Assembly (NCBI RefSeq): GCF_021054785.1
Contig: NZ_CP088239.1
Coordinates: forward strand, 360,001-392,000
DNA length: 32,000 nucleotides
Reading direction: 5' to 3'
Source: Tannockella kyphosi
GTDB taxonomy: Bacteria; Bacillota_I; Bacilli_A; Erysipelotrichales; Coprobacillaceae
The notes beneath the pieces were generated by a model. It saw nothing but the letters and a program-made list of their open reading frames with translations, was not told the DNA's origin and did no database searches. A program made the position numbers and the translations under genes. Shown here piece by piece: positions 15,589-25,820 of this stretch. Positions within the stretch are counted from its first letter, which is position 1; every line of letters begins with the position of its first letter.

Positions 15589-15617
15589 TTGAATAAAGTA
15601 AACAGTTAGTATATAAT
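15589..15617 (+). promoter_or_regulatory. tig promoter
   Basis: TTGAAT (15589-15594), 17-nt spacer, TATAAT (15612-15617). Confidence 0.6.
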
Positions 15618-15646
15618 AAGCCTTGAAAATAAATAAGGAGAACAAT

Positions 15647-16924
15647 ATGAATACGACAAGTAAAAAATTAGAAAATGCGATTACTGAGATAATGGTAACG
15701 TTTGATAAAGAAGAATGGAATGGTGCTAGAGAAAAAGCAACGAACAAATTAGCACAAAACGTAAAAGTTGATGGATTCCGTCCAGGTAAAGCTCCATTAG
15801 CAATGGTGAAAGCAAGAATCTCAGAAAGCAGCATTGTTAGCGAAGCTACTGATATCTTATTACAAGAAAAATACATGGAAGTTTTAACTTCTAGTGAAAT
15901 CACACCTATCGCACAACCAAGTCTTTCAATTGAAAATGTTGATGAAAATGGTTTAACTGTAAAATTCTTAGTACCTGTTCAACCAACTGTTGAATTAGGA
16001 ACTTATAAAGGATTAGAAGTGAAAAAAGGTCGTGTAACTGTAGCTAAAAAAGATATCGATGCTAGAGTTGAATCTTACCAAGAACAATTTGCTGAATTAG
16101 CAGTAAAAGAAGGTGCTGTAGAAAATGGTGATACAGCTGTTATCGATTTTGAAGGATTTAAAGATGGTGTAGCTTTTGAAGGTGGAAAAGGTGAAAACTA
16201 TCCATTAGAAATTGGTTCAGGTTCATTTATTCCAGGATTTGAAGAACAAGTAATTGGTATGGAATTAGGAAGTACAAAAGATGTAGAAGTAACTTTCCCA
16301 GAAGATTATCAAGCTACTGATTTAGCTGGAGCTGCTGTAACTTTCAAAGTAACAGTACATGAAGTAAAAGTAAAACAATTACCTGAAATTGATGATGAAT
16401 TAGCGATGGATGTTAACATCGAAGGTGTTGAAACATTAGAACAATTAAAAGCTCATATTAAAGCAGAATTAAAATCACAAAAAGAAGTAGATGTAGAAAA
16501 TGCTTATAACGAAAACTTATTTAAAGCAATCGTTGCAGGTTCAACTGTTGAAACAAGTGATGCTTTAGTTAGCCAAGAATGTGAAATGATGTTACAAGAA
16601 ATTGATCAAAATTTACAAAGACAAGGTATGACTTTTGAATTATATGAACAATTCACTGGTAAAACAAAAGATGATGTTTTAGAAGATGTAAAACCTCAAG
16701 CTGTTGATAGAGTAAAATTAAATTTAATTTTAGCTGCTATTGTTGATGCTGAATCTTTAGAAGTTACAGAAGCTGAAACTGATGCAGAAATCGAAGAAAT
16801 TGCAAAAGTATACAACAAAGAAGTTGCAGAAGTAAAACAAATCTTTGGTGCTAATATGGATCGTATTGAAGACGATTTATTAATGAGAAAAGCATTACAA
16901 TTAGTAAAAGATAACTTACAATAA
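15647..16924 (+). CDS. tig: Trigger factor
   Basis: GFRPGKAP ribosome-binding signature and an FKBP-type PPIase core (IDFEGFKDGVAFEGGKGENYPLEIGSGSFIPGFEEQ). The ATG at 15647 follows AAGGAG (15635-15640). The ORF-track TTG at 15623 is unlikely. Confidence 0.95.
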   Translation: MNTTSKKLENAITEIMVTFDKEEWNGAREKATNKLAQNVKVDGFRPGKAPLAMVKARISESSIVSEATDILLQEKYMEVLTSSEITPIAQPSLSIENVDENGLTVKFLVPVQPTVELGTYKGLEVKKGRVTVAKKDIDARVESYQEQFAELAVKEGAVENGDTAVIDFEGFKDGVAFEGGKGENYPLEIGSGSFIPGFEEQVIGMELGSTKDVEVTFPEDYQATDLAGAAVTFKVTVHEVKVKQLPEIDDELAMDVNIEGVETLEQLKAHIKAELKSQKEVDVENAYNENLFKAIVAGSTVETSDALVSQECEMMLQEIDQNLQRQGMTFELYEQFTGKTKDDVLEDVKPQAVDRVKLNLILAAIVDAESLEVTEAETDAEIEEIAKVYNKEVAEVKQIFGANMDRIEDDLLMRKALQLVKDNLQ

Positions 16925-16946
16925 AAGACGCTCTCGCGTCTTTTTT
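16923..16946 (+). terminator. tig terminator
   Basis: AAAAGACGC-tctc-GCGTCTTTTTT. Confidence 0.75.
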
Positions 16947-16979
16947 AAAAAGTAAGCGGAAGCGGAAGGAGGAGTATCC

Positions 16980-19301
16980 ATGAATGAATCAATGATTTCA
17001 TTACCGTTAGTTTGTACTCGCGGGATGTTAGTGTTTCCAGGAAATCGTCTGACTATAGACGTTGGAAGACCAGTTAGCTTAAAGGCAGTAGAAGCTGCAA
17101 TAGCACAATATGATAATCATATTATTTTTACGTCACAAGTAAATGCAATGGATGATGATCCTAGTTTTGAAGGTGTATACCATGTGGCTACATTATGTAA
17201 AGTAGAAAAGAGAATTCGACGTGATAGTGCAGGTACTATTAAATTAACGGTACTTGGAGAGAAACGTTTACGATTAAAAAGCTATGATGATAGCTTAGGC
17301 TATATTCTTTCATCAGCAGAAGTGATGGAAGATGTTGTTGGAGATAAGAATGAAGAAATCGCATTAGTACGTAACATTACTGCTTATATTGCTTCTCAAG
17401 CAAGACGAGGTGGAAATAAAATCCCTTCAGAAGCATCTGCACGATTAGAAGGTGGAGTTACAGCCTCATTATTATGCGATACTTTAGGACAGTACTTACC
17501 ATTAGAACTAGATAGTAGACAAAAGATATTAGAAGCATCTGATATTAATGAACGTTTATTATTAGTTGCTGGTGCAATTGAATGTGAAAAAGAAATTCAA
17601 GAAATTGAAGAATCTATTAATAAAAGAGTTCGTGACACTATTGATGAAAATCAAAGAGAATATTATTTACGTGAAAAATTAAGAGCTATTAAAGAAGAAC
17701 TCGGAGATACGGTTCCTCAAGAAGATGATAGCCAAGCGATTCGTGAGGATTTAGAAAATAATCCTTATCCAGAACATGTACGTAAAAAAGTATTAGAAGA
17801 ATTAAGAAGATTTGATGCAATGCCATCTCAGTCTTCTGAATCAAATGTAGTTCGTACTTATATCGATTGGGTTATGAAAACACCTTGGTATCAAGAAACA
17901 ACGGACAATGAAGATATTACAAAAGTAGAAACTATCTTGGATTTAGAACATTATGGTTTAGAAAAAGTAAAAGAACGTATTGTAGAGCATTTGGCTGTAA
18001 AACAAATGACACAATCTTTAAAAGCCCCTATTATTTGTTTGGCTGGGCCACCAGGTGTTGGGAAAACAAGTCTTGCAAAAAGTATTTCTAATGCTTTAGG
18101 AAGAGAGTTTGTTAAAGCTTCTTTAGGTGGTGTCAAGGATGAATCAGAAGTACGTGGACATCGTCGTACGTATTTAGGTTCAATGCCAGGTAGAATTATT
18201 CAATCAATGAAAAAAGCTGGTGTTGTGAATCCTGTTTTCTTATTAGATGAAATCGATAAAATGTCAAGTGATTATAAAGGGGATCCTACTAGTGCAATGC
18301 TAGAAGTGTTAGACCCTGAACAAAATGCACATTTCTCTGATAACTATTTAGAAGAACCATATGATTTATCTAAAGTGTTGTTTATTGCAACATGTAATGA
18401 TTTATCTAATATTCCTGGACCATTACGAGATCGTTTAGAAATAATTGAATTATCTAGTTATACAGAACAAGAAAAAGTAATGATTGCAACAAATCATTTA
18501 ATTAAAAAACAATTAAAAGAACATGGTTTAGAAGCGACACAAGTAATATTTGACAATGATGCATTGTTATTCATTATTAATCACTATACAAGAGAAGCTG
18601 GTGTCCGTGATTTAGAACGTATGATTGCTAAGATTTGTCGTAAATCAGTATTACGTATTTTAAAAGGCAAAGAAGAATCAGTACATGTTGATATCGCTAG
18701 TTTAGAAGCATTATTAGGAAAAGCACCTTTTATGCATACTAGAAAATTAGAGAAGGATACAGTAGGTATTGTAACAGGGATGGCTTATACTCAATTTGGT
18801 GGAGATATTTTACCAATAGAGGTAAATCATTTTGATGGAAGTGGAAAATTTGTTATTACAGGACAATTAGGTGATGTAATGAAAGAATCTGCTACGATTG
18901 CCTTAGATTATTTAAAAGCAAACAAAGAAAAGTATGGTTTACAAGATATTAAGTTTGATAAAATGGATATTCATATTCATGCTCCAGAAGGTGCTGTTAA
19001 AAAAGATGGACCTAGTGCAGGGGTTACGTTAATCACTGCTATCTATTCTTGCCTTACTAATAAGTTAGTAAGTAATACAGTTGCTATGACTGGAGAGGTT
19101 ACTCTTCATGGTCAAGTATTGGCTATTGGTGGATTAAAAGAAAAATCAATTTCTGCACATCGTTCAGGAATTAGAAAAATCATTATTCCTAGTCAAAATG
19201 AAAAAGATATCGATGATATTCCAGAAGTAGTAAGAAATGACTTAGAAATCATTACTGCAAGTCATATTGATACAGTATTAGAACATGCAATTGTAAAATA
19301 G
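16980..19301 (+). CDS. lon: ATP-dependent Lon protease
   Basis: LON N-domain, Walker A GPPGVGKTS, Walker B FLLDEIDK, and protease Ser in DGPSAGV with a downstream Lys (GGLKEK). Confidence 0.97.
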   Translation: MNESMISLPLVCTRGMLVFPGNRLTIDVGRPVSLKAVEAAIAQYDNHIIFTSQVNAMDDDPSFEGVYHVATLCKVEKRIRRDSAGTIKLTVLGEKRLRLKSYDDSLGYILSSAEVMEDVVGDKNEEIALVRNITAYIASQARRGGNKIPSEASARLEGGVTASLLCDTLGQYLPLELDSRQKILEASDINERLLLVAGAIECEKEIQEIEESINKRVRDTIDENQREYYLREKLRAIKEELGDTVPQEDDSQAIREDLENNPYPEHVRKKVLEELRRFDAMPSQSSESNVVRTYIDWVMKTPWYQETTDNEDITKVETILDLEHYGLEKVKERIVEHLAVKQMTQSLKAPIICLAGPPGVGKTSLAKSISNALGREFVKASLGGVKDESEVRGHRRTYLGSMPGRIIQSMKKAGVVNPVFLLDEIDKMSSDYKGDPTSAMLEVLDPEQNAHFSDNYLEEPYDLSKVLFIATCNDLSNIPGPLRDRLEIIELSSYTEQEKVMIATNHLIKKQLKEHGLEATQVIFDNDALLFIINHYTREAGVRDLERMIAKICRKSVLRILKGKEESVHVDIASLEALLGKAPFMHTRKLEKDTVGIVTGMAYTQFGGDILPIEVNHFDGSGKFVITGQLGDVMKESATIALDYLKANKEKYGLQDIKFDKMDIHIHAPEGAVKKDGPSAGVTLITAIYSCLTNKLVSNTVAMTGEVTLHGQVLAIGGLKEKSISAHRSGIRKIIIPSQNEKDIDDIPEVVRNDLEIITASHIDTVLEHAIVK

Positions 19302-19326
19302 AGTCAAAAAATCGACTCTATTTTTC
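19297..19326 (+). terminator. lon terminator
   Basis: AATAGAGTC-aaaaaatc-GACTCTATT followed by a T-run. Confidence 0.7.
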
Positions 19327-19358
19327 TTTTCTATGTTATACTAGAAAGGGTGATAAAA

Positions 19359-19961
19359 ATGGCAAAAATAAAAAAAGCAGAATATGTCTTATCGGCAGCG
19401 TGGCAATCACAATGGCCAGAAGCTGATCGACCAGAGATATGTTTAGCAGGAAGATCAAATGTTGGTAAATCTAGCTTTATCAATACAATGCTTCAACGTA
19501 ATGGAATTGCAAAGGTATCTGGAACACCAGGAAAAACTAGAACATTAAATTTCTTTAATGTAAATGATGCACTATACTTTGTAGATGTTCCTGGATATGG
19601 TTATGCAAAAGTAAATGAATCAATTCAACGTTCTTTTGGTCCAATGATGGATACTTATATTAACGCTAGAGAAGTGTTAAAAGGAATGTTGTTAATTGTG
19701 GATTATCGTCATACTCCAACAAAAGATGATATAATGATGTATGAATATGTAAGACATCATAATATTCCAGTTGTAGTTATTGCAACAAAAGAAGATAAGC
19801 TAAAAAGAAATGATTTAAAGAAAAATGAAAAGAAAATTAAAGAAAAATTAGGTCTAGGACCAGAAGATGCTTTTGTTCGTTTTTCTAGTTTGAAAAAATT
19901 AGGGATTGATAAAGCTTGGAATGAGATTTATCGTTTGTGTGATATTAATTTTGAAGAATAG
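19359..19961 (+). CDS. engB: Ribosome-biogenesis GTPase YihA/YsxC (EngB)
   Basis: G1 GRSNVGKSS, G3 DVPGYG, G4 TKEDK. Located after lon, as in B. subtilis. I prefer the ATG at 19359. Confidence 0.9.
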   Translation: MAKIKKAEYVLSAAWQSQWPEADRPEICLAGRSNVGKSSFINTMLQRNGIAKVSGTPGKTRTLNFFNVNDALYFVDVPGYGYAKVNESIQRSFGPMMDTYINAREVLKGMLLIVDYRHTPTKDDIMMYEYVRHHNIPVVVIATKEDKLKRNDLKKNEKKIKEKLGLGPEDAFVRFSSLKKLGIDKAWNEIYRLCDINFEE

Positions 19962-19981
19962 GATTTCCTATTCTTTTTTTC
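19955..19981 (+). terminator. engB terminator
   Basis: AGAATAGGA / TCCTATTCT hairpin followed by T7. Confidence 0.6.
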
Positions 19982-20017
19982 TTTTTTATTCATATATTGT
20001 TTAAAAAGGAGGGTATT

Positions 20018-20692
20018 ATGCAAAAAATTATTTTAGAAAAGTACATTGATTTAAACAATAAACTATCGGAGGTAGTATCTTTATCGGTAGATGAATCTAT
20101 TAATTATAAGTTAGAACAAGTTGGGATACGGGCAATAGGAGCACTTTCTATTACAGGGGAGTATAAAGGACCAGAGTTAGAAAAGTTTGAAACAACATTG
20201 GATATCGATGTATTAGCTAATTTTGATAAGATTATCGATCAAAGAGATTTTCACATTACAATTGAAGACTTTACGTATGTGATTCAAAATGGAAACTTAC
20301 ATGTTCGTATTGAAGCGGGAGTTCATGGAGTTGTTTCAGGGCAAGATCGTTATGTTCAAGATCATTCGATAGAAGAAATAGAGTTATTGATGAGAGAAAG
20401 TGAAACGGTAGTTCAAGAAGATAGTTATCCTATTGAAGAAGTAGTAAGTACTAAAGTGATTGACTCAGAGGTAGAAGAGCTGGAAGAGATTGTTTATCCT
20501 AGTAAGAAAAGACAATTTTTTGAAGATGATCAAGATTCAATAGGTACTTATTATTTATATATTGTTAAACCAGGGGATACGTATGAATCAATAAGTAGTT
20601 ATTATCAAATAGATGGTAATATTCTAATGGAATATAACCATTATAAAGAAATGGCTCCAGGGATCACTCTTATAGTTCCATATATGCCATGA
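20018..20692 (+). CDS. SpoVID-like protein with a C-terminal LysM domain
   Basis: C-terminal LysM (YYLYIVKPGDTYESISSYYQIDGNILMEYN) and an acidic middle region. Its position between engB and a ysxE-like gene upstream of valS mirrors B. subtilis spoVID-ysxE. The ATG at 20018 follows AAGGAGGG. Confidence 0.55.
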   Translation: MQKIILEKYIDLNNKLSEVVSLSVDESINYKLEQVGIRAIGALSITGEYKGPELEKFETTLDIDVLANFDKIIDQRDFHITIEDFTYVIQNGNLHVRIEAGVHGVVSGQDRYVQDHSIEEIELLMRESETVVQEDSYPIEEVVSTKVIDSEVEELEEIVYPSKKRQFFEDDQDSIGTYYLYIVKPGDTYESISSYYQIDGNILMEYNHYKEMAPGITLIVPYMP

Positions 20693-21600
20693 AAGAATGT
20701 CTTCAAGAACTCTATAATTTAGAAGTGATAGGGTTTATACGTTTAAGCAAATATGTTTATAAAGTCAAAACAAAAGATCAGTTTTATTGTTTAAAATATA
20801 CAACTAACATTCATCTAGAACGAATGTATGAACATATATGTTCCTTACAAATGAATTGTTTTGTAAGGATATGTAAAAATAAAGAGAAACATATTTTAAG
20901 TAAGTATCATGATCAATATTTTTATCTAATGCCTTATTTAGAAATGGATCAAGGCATTGTAAAAGAACTGAAAATTAAATATTATTTAGAAACTATTTCT
21001 AATGTTCATAATAGTAGTTTTTTTCAATGTGCTATTTCAAAGGATTATTTTAAAAAACAAGTACAAGATATTTCTAATACGTTAGAATCAAGAAAAAAAT
21101 ATTATCAAACAATGATGAATAACTATGAAAATATGTATTATCGTAGTCCAAGTGGGTGGATGTTTGTATTGAACTATTATCGTTTAAAAAGAATGTTGGA
21201 AAAAGTAACTAGTTTTATGGATGAGTATCAAATGGTAACAAAGGAAATACATCATTTAAGGGTATGTTTAGTTTATCAACATTTTGATTATCAACATATC
21301 ATGATGAAACAACAAACTTTAATCTCGATAGATAAGATAGATATCATGCAATGTATTTATGATATCTATGTTTTATATCAATCTTCGATTGATTTTATTT
21401 ATGATTTTGATGTATTGTTTGAGTATTATTTAAGTCGTGTTCATTTACAAAAACAAGAGAAAGTATTGTTGAGTAGTTTATTGTGTTTGGTTCCAATAAT
21501 AGAATTAGAACAGGATGAGGTTCATAATATTATAAATATGGCACGATTGTTTTATTATATTGATTCGATAGAGGGACTATTAGAACAATTAAAAGAATAA
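20689..21600 (+). CDS. YsxE/CotS-like (kinase-fold) putative spore-coat protein
   Basis: 303 aa, translationally coupled to the upstream LysM gene (ATGA overlap). Called on synteny with B. subtilis ysxE. Motif evidence is weak. Confidence 0.45.
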   Translation: MKECLQELYNLEVIGFIRLSKYVYKVKTKDQFYCLKYTTNIHLERMYEHICSLQMNCFVRICKNKEKHILSKYHDQYFYLMPYLEMDQGIVKELKIKYYLETISNVHNSSFFQCAISKDYFKKQVQDISNTLESRKKYYQTMMNNYENMYYRSPSGWMFVLNYYRLKRMLEKVTSFMDEYQMVTKEIHHLRVCLVYQHFDYQHIMMKQQTLISIDKIDIMQCIYDIYVLYQSSIDFIYDFDVLFEYYLSRVHLQKQEKVLLSSLLCLVPIIELEQDEVHNIINMARLFYYIDSIEGLLEQLKE

Positions 21601-21613
21601 ATAAGAAACCTAT

Positions 21614-21642
21614 TTGACTTCATTTAGTGATTTTGTTAGAAT
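21614..21642 (+). promoter_or_regulatory. Promoter of the T-box leader
   Basis: TTGACT (21614-21619), 17-nt spacer, extended -10 TGtTAGAAT (21634-21642). Confidence 0.65.
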
Positions 21643-21647
21643 GATTG

Positions 21648-21860
21648 TAGCGATGAATAGAAGGAGTACTTTGGTATCTTTAGTAGAGAGTTCTTGGTTG
21701 GTGAAAAAGAACAAAGGGAACAAAGGAAGGTAGTCTAGGAGCTTGTTTGGTGAACTAATAGTAATTAAACACGTAAAACTGCGTTAAAGTTTAGAGGCAT
21801 AAATATTATGCAAAGTAAGGTGGTACCACGAACATTCGTCCTTATGACGGGTGTTTTTTT
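21648..21860 (+). promoter_or_regulatory. T-box riboswitch leader (tRNA-sensing)
   Basis: Stem I K-turn CGATGA, specifier-loop AGGAGTA, AG bay AGTAGAGAG, distal loop GGTTGGTGAAA. T-box sequence AAGGTGGTACCACG (21817-21830). Terminator CGTCC-ttat-GACGGGTG + T7. Confidence 0.85.
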
Positions 21861-21880
21861 ATTTTAAGGAGGAAAATAAA

Positions 21881-22522
21881 ATGGATTCAACAGATTTTTC
21901 AGTATTATCAATGTTTATTGCAATGGCAATATTTTTAGGTATTTTTTATTTTTTACGTATTCGCCAAATTCAAGCTGAGAGAAAAGCTAGAGCACGTATG
22001 GTGTTAGAGAGAAGAAAAAAATTTGCGAATATTACATTAGATATGTTTGATGAAATAGAAAGAAAAGAGTTACCAGAAATGGTTATCTACAGTATTCTTG
22101 CTAAAGATGAAAAAAGATTTGATGGTGAAGAAATAGATGATACACCAATCATGGAGATGTTAAGTGAAGCAGAGAGAATGGTTTTTACTATTTATCAAGT
22201 AGAATCTTGTTTATCAGGGAAAAATAGTTCTATTCATAGTTTCTTTTTAGAAGAATACTTTGCACCATATATCCCTTATTTAACACCGGCTTTTGATGTA
22301 ATGAACTGTCATGAAATTTCAAAGTTATTAGAATCAGCTAAGAAACTAGCAGAAATTATTGAAAGTGATAGTGAAGAAGAAGTAGGTGGAGATTATGAAT
22401 CTTATAACTTTGGAGATTATACGAATGAGTTATTAAGCTTAATGAAATCTTCTGCATTAGTTAAGAATACAGCAGAATATATCTATGAAAACAAGGAACA
22501 ATTTGTAGAAAAGGAAGATTAA
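21881..22522 (+). CDS. Hypothetical single-pass membrane protein, co-transcribed with valS under the T-box
   Basis: The ATG at 21881 follows AAGGAGG (21866-21872). One N-terminal TM ([18 protein letters not shown]), then an acidic soluble domain. It ends 1 nt before the valS start. The ORF-track GTG at 21851 lies inside the T-box terminator. Confidence 0.6.
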   Translation: MDSTDFSVLSMFIAMAIFLGIFYFLRIRQIQAERKARARMVLERRKKFANITLDMFDEIERKELPEMVIYSILAKDEKRFDGEEIDDTPIMEMLSEAERMVFTIYQVESCLSGKNSSIHSFFLEEYFAPYIPYLTPAFDVMNCHEISKLLESAKKLAEIIESDSEEEVGGDYESYNFGDYTNELLSLMKSSALVKNTAEYIYENKEQFVEKED

Positions 22523-22523
22523 A

Positions 22524-25139
22524 ATGAAAAAAGAATTAGAAACAAAATATGATCATAAAAAAGTAGAAGCAGGAAAATATCAACAGTGGTTAGATAAGAA
22601 ATACTTTGAAGCAGGAGACAAAACAAAAACTCCTTATACAATTGTAATTCCACCACCAAATGTAACAGGTAAATTACACTTGGGACATGCATGGGATACA
22701 ACACTTCAAGATATGATTATTCGTTACAAACGTATGCAAGGTTTTGATGCCTTATATTTACCAGGTATGGATCATGCTGGGATTGCAACACAAGCAAAGG
22801 TAGAAGAAAGATTACGTCAAGAGGGTATTTCAAGATATGATTTAGGACGTGAAAAGTTCTTAGAACAAGCTTGGTCTTGGAAGGAAGAGTATGCTGGACA
22901 TATTCGTGAACAATGGGAGAAGTTAGGATTATCTTTAGATTATTCAAAAGAACGTTTTACATTGGATGAGGGGTTAAGTGAAGCTGTAAAAGAAGTATTT
23001 ATAACGTTATATGAAAAAGGATATATTTATCAAGGTAAACGTATTATTAACTGGGATCCTGCACAACGTACAGCACTTTCTAATATTGAAGTTATTCATA
23101 AAGAAATTGAAGGAGCAATGTATTATTTTAAATATCAAGTAGTTGGTAGTGATAAAGAATTAATTATTGCAACTACAAGACCGGAAACAATGTTTGCAGA
23201 TCAAGCTATTTTTGTTCATCCTGATGATACTAGATATACTGATTTGGTTGGTAAAAGTGCAATTAATCCAGCAAATGGAGAAGCGTTACCAATTATGGCT
23301 GATAGTTATATTGATATGGATTTTGGGACTGCTGTCATGAAATGTACACCAGCACATGATCCAAATGACTTTGCTTTGGCAAAAAAATATAATTTAGAAA
23401 TGCCTATTTGTATGAATGATGATGGAACTATGAATGAGATGGCTCATAAATATTGTGGAATGGATCGCTTTGATTGTCGTAAACAATTAGTGGAAGATTT
23501 CCAAGAGGCAGGTGTAGTGGATCATATTGAAAAACATATGCATCAAGTTGGTCATTCTGAACGTTCAAATGCCATCGTAGAACCATACTTATCAAAACAA
23601 TGGTTTGTTAAGATGGAACCATTAGCAAGAGAAGCATTAGAAAATCAACAAAGAGATTCAAAAGTAAACTTTGTACCAGAACGTTTTGAAAAAACATTTG
23701 GACAATGGATGGAGAATATTGAAGATTGGTGTATTTCAAGACAATTATGGTGGGGACATCAAGTACCTGCTTGGTACCATAAAGAAACAGGAGAAGTCTT
23801 TGTAGGGAAGCAAGCTCCTAGTGATATTGAAAATTGGAAACAAGATGAAGATGTATTAGATACATGGTTTTCAAGTGCTTTATGGCCATTCTCTACTCTA
23901 AATTGGCCAAATACAGAAGATGAATTATTTGAAAGATATTTCCCGACAGATACATTAGTAACGGGATATGATATTATTTTCTTCTGGGTAAGTCGTATGA
24001 TTTTCCAATCGTTAGAATTCACAAACCAAAGACCATTTAAACATGTTTTAATCCATGGTTTAATTCGTGATGAAAAAGGTCGTAAAATGTCAAAATCTTT
24101 AGGGAATGGTGTTGATCCAATTGATGTCATTGAACAATATGGAGTAGATACATTACGTTTCTTCTTAACTACAAATTCAGCTCCAGGTATGGATTTACGT
24201 TATACTCCTGAAAAATTAGAATCTTCATGGAATTTCATTAACAAAATTTGGAATTCAGCACGTTTTGTTTTAATGAATATGGATGAGGAAATTGGATATA
24301 ATGATTTATGTTTTGATAATTTAAATTTATGTGATAAATGGATTTTAAATCGTTTAAATGAAGTAATTAAAGAAGTAGATACAAATATGGATAAGTTTGA
24401 ATTTGTAAATGTAGGAAGTTCTTTATATTCATTTATTTGGGATGATTTCTGTTCTTGGTATATTGAGTTAGCGAAAGTTCATTTACAAAATGAATCAGTT
24501 AAACAAGCTACTTTACATACACTTATTTATGTTTTAAATGCGATTGTAAAAATGTTACATCCATTTATGCCTTTTGTAAGTGAAGAGATTTATCAAGCAA
24601 TTCCACACGTAGAAGAATCAATTTGTATCTCTTCTTGGCCAGTAGTAAAACAAGAAAATAATTTTGAAGGAATTCAAGATCAATTTACATACTTAATGGA
24701 TATTATTAAAGGTATTCGTGAAATCCGTGCCCAATATACAATTAAGAATGCAATTGAAATCACATATAGTATTGATACAAAAGATACTACTTTAGAAACT
24801 TTACTTGATGTTTGTGTTCCTTATATCAAAAAAATGTGTAATGCTACTTGTTTAGGATATAATAAGGAAACTAGTGGAGATATTGCAAGTCTTACTATTA
24901 AAGGTGGTAATTCTTTAATTGTAGAGTTAGGTGCTTATGTAGATAAAGAAGCAGAAAAAGTAAAACTAGAAATACAACAAAAGAAGTTAGCTCAAGAAAT
25001 CAAACGTTGTCAAGGAATGCTTTCTAATGAGAAATTTGTTTCTAAAGCACCAGCTAGTAAAATAGAAGAAGAAAAGAAAAAATTAGAAGAATATCAATTA
25101 AAATACCAATCGGTAGAAGAAAAGTTATCTTCAATGTAA
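22524..25139 (+). CDS. valS: Valine--tRNA ligase
   Basis: HIGH motif [17 protein letters not shown], an editing domain and a C-terminal coiled coil. 871 aa. Confidence 0.97.
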   Translation: MKKELETKYDHKKVEAGKYQQWLDKKYFEAGDKTKTPYTIVIPPPNVTGKLHLGHAWDTTLQDMIIRYKRMQGFDALYLPGMDHAGIATQAKVEERLRQEGISRYDLGREKFLEQAWSWKEEYAGHIREQWEKLGLSLDYSKERFTLDEGLSEAVKEVFITLYEKGYIYQGKRIINWDPAQRTALSNIEVIHKEIEGAMYYFKYQVVGSDKELIIATTRPETMFADQAIFVHPDDTRYTDLVGKSAINPANGEALPIMADSYIDMDFGTAVMKCTPAHDPNDFALAKKYNLEMPICMNDDGTMNEMAHKYCGMDRFDCRKQLVEDFQEAGVVDHIEKHMHQVGHSERSNAIVEPYLSKQWFVKMEPLAREALENQQRDSKVNFVPERFEKTFGQWMENIEDWCISRQLWWGHQVPAWYHKETGEVFVGKQAPSDIENWKQDEDVLDTWFSSALWPFSTLNWPNTEDELFERYFPTDTLVTGYDIIFFWVSRMIFQSLEFTNQRPFKHVLIHGLIRDEKGRKMSKSLGNGVDPIDVIEQYGVDTLRFFLTTNSAPGMDLRYTPEKLESSWNFINKIWNSARFVLMNMDEEIGYNDLCFDNLNLCDKWILNRLNEVIKEVDTNMDKFEFVNVGSSLYSFIWDDFCSWYIELAKVHLQNESVKQATLHTLIYVLNAIVKMLHPFMPFVSEEIYQAIPHVEESICISSWPVVKQENNFEGIQDQFTYLMDIIKGIREIRAQYTIKNAIEITYSIDTKDTTLETLLDVCVPYIKKMCNATCLGYNKETSGDIASLTIKGGNSLIVELGAYVDKEAEKVKLEIQQKKLAQEIKRCQGMLSNEKFVSKAPASKIEEEKKKLEEYQLKYQSVEEKLSSM

Positions 25140-25167
25140 AAGTGTGAACATTTCACACTTTTTTTCT
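25138..25167 (+). terminator. valS terminator
   Basis: AAAAGTGTGAA-cat-TTCACACTTTTTTT. Confidence 0.75.
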
Positions 25168-25237
25168 TTTTAAAAAAGAAAAACAAGAAAGAGGAACGTA
25201 TATCCTAATGAGGGTTAGGTAAAGGAAGGAGAAAATT

Positions 25238-25396
25238 ATGCAAGAATTAATTGTTAGTGAACAAATGCAAATACAAGGTGGTTCTGTTACGATATGGATT
25301 ATTTATGCAGCCATCGCATGTGCGATTTATAAAATTGCTGGTTCTAGTGCAGGTAGACTAAGTGTTCCGTATCTTGTAACAATTGAATGGGAATAA
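25238..25396 (+). CDS. Small peptide (52 aa) with a double-glycine-type leader; bacteriocin/pheromone-like or small membrane protein
   Basis: GGAAGGAG-N7-ATG. MQELIVSEQMQIQGG|SVTIWIIYAAIACAIYKIAGSSAGRLSVPYLVTIEWE*. The leader has Gly-Gly at -2/-1, Ile at -4, Glu at -8 and Leu at -12. It is absent from the ORF track because it is under 60 aa. Confidence 0.5.
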   Translation: MQELIVSEQMQIQGGSVTIWIIYAAIACAIYKIAGSSAGRLSVPYLVTIEWE

Positions 25397-25442
25397 TAGC
25401 ATACTTTTAAGAAGAAAGGATATAGTGTATAGGAGGGATATT

Positions 25443-25820
25443 ATGAAACCAAGTTATAAGGTTAGTATTATTGCAATTATATTCGCTATTCTTTTTTCTT
25501 TCTTTTATCAATTCTGTTTTGGTAATGAAAATTATGTAGTATATGTATGTCAAGTAGGAGTATATTCAAATGAAGATAATGCCAATGGAATGTTAGAGTC
25601 ATTGGAGTTAGCTTCTTATCAAGGTGAAATTATCGACGATGAAGATATGTATAAGGTTGTATGTGGAGTATTTATAGAAGAAAAGGAAGCTAGTGTATTG
25701 GAAGAAGAATTAAAGGCAGAGGGGTTTTCAGTGGCTATTATAGAATACATAGTAAGTGAGGAAGGATATGATAGTGTGGAAAAAGCAGAATATACTTTGA
25801 TAGCAGAGGTGATCGAGTGA
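25443..25820 (+). CDS. SPOR-domain membrane protein
   Basis: N-terminal TM plus a SPOR-like fold (YVCQVGVYSNEDNANGMLESL...YKVVCGVFIEEKEASVLEEELKAEGFSVAI). The ATG at 25443 follows AGGAGGG. Confidence 0.65.
   Translation: MKPSYKVSIIAIIFAILFSFFYQFCFGNENYVVYVCQVGVYSNEDNANGMLESLELASYQGEIIDDEDMYKVVCGVFIEEKEASVLEEELKAEGFSVAIIEYIVSEEGYDSVEKAEYTLIAEVIE

Noticed and set aside
6035-15600. The pilus/phosphodiesterase block as a mobile genomic island
   Set aside because: I found no integrase, transposase, flanking direct repeats or tRNA target in the window. I cannot compute a GC or codon shift reliably by eye. Its accessory nature is plausible, but mobility is unsupported.
15568-15903. 111-aa - strand ORF spanning the tig promoter and 5' end
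   Set aside because: It is antisense to trigger factor and to its consensus promoter and RBS. No motif. Spurious.
17951-24130. Antisense ORFs inside lon and valS (17951..18136, 22519..22704, 22717..22947, 23759..24130, all -)
   Set aside because: They are nested antisense within highly conserved housekeeping genes, with no start signals.
2951-25442. Longer N-terminal extensions suggested by the ORF track (2951 TTG, 10286, 12142 GTG, 15623 TTG, 19350 GTG, 19997 TTG, 21851 GTG, 25383)
   Set aside because: In each case an internal ATG with a well-spaced Shine-Dalgarno gives a more typical N-terminus. The 21851 start lies inside the T-box terminator hairpin, and 15623 lies upstream of the AAGGAG.
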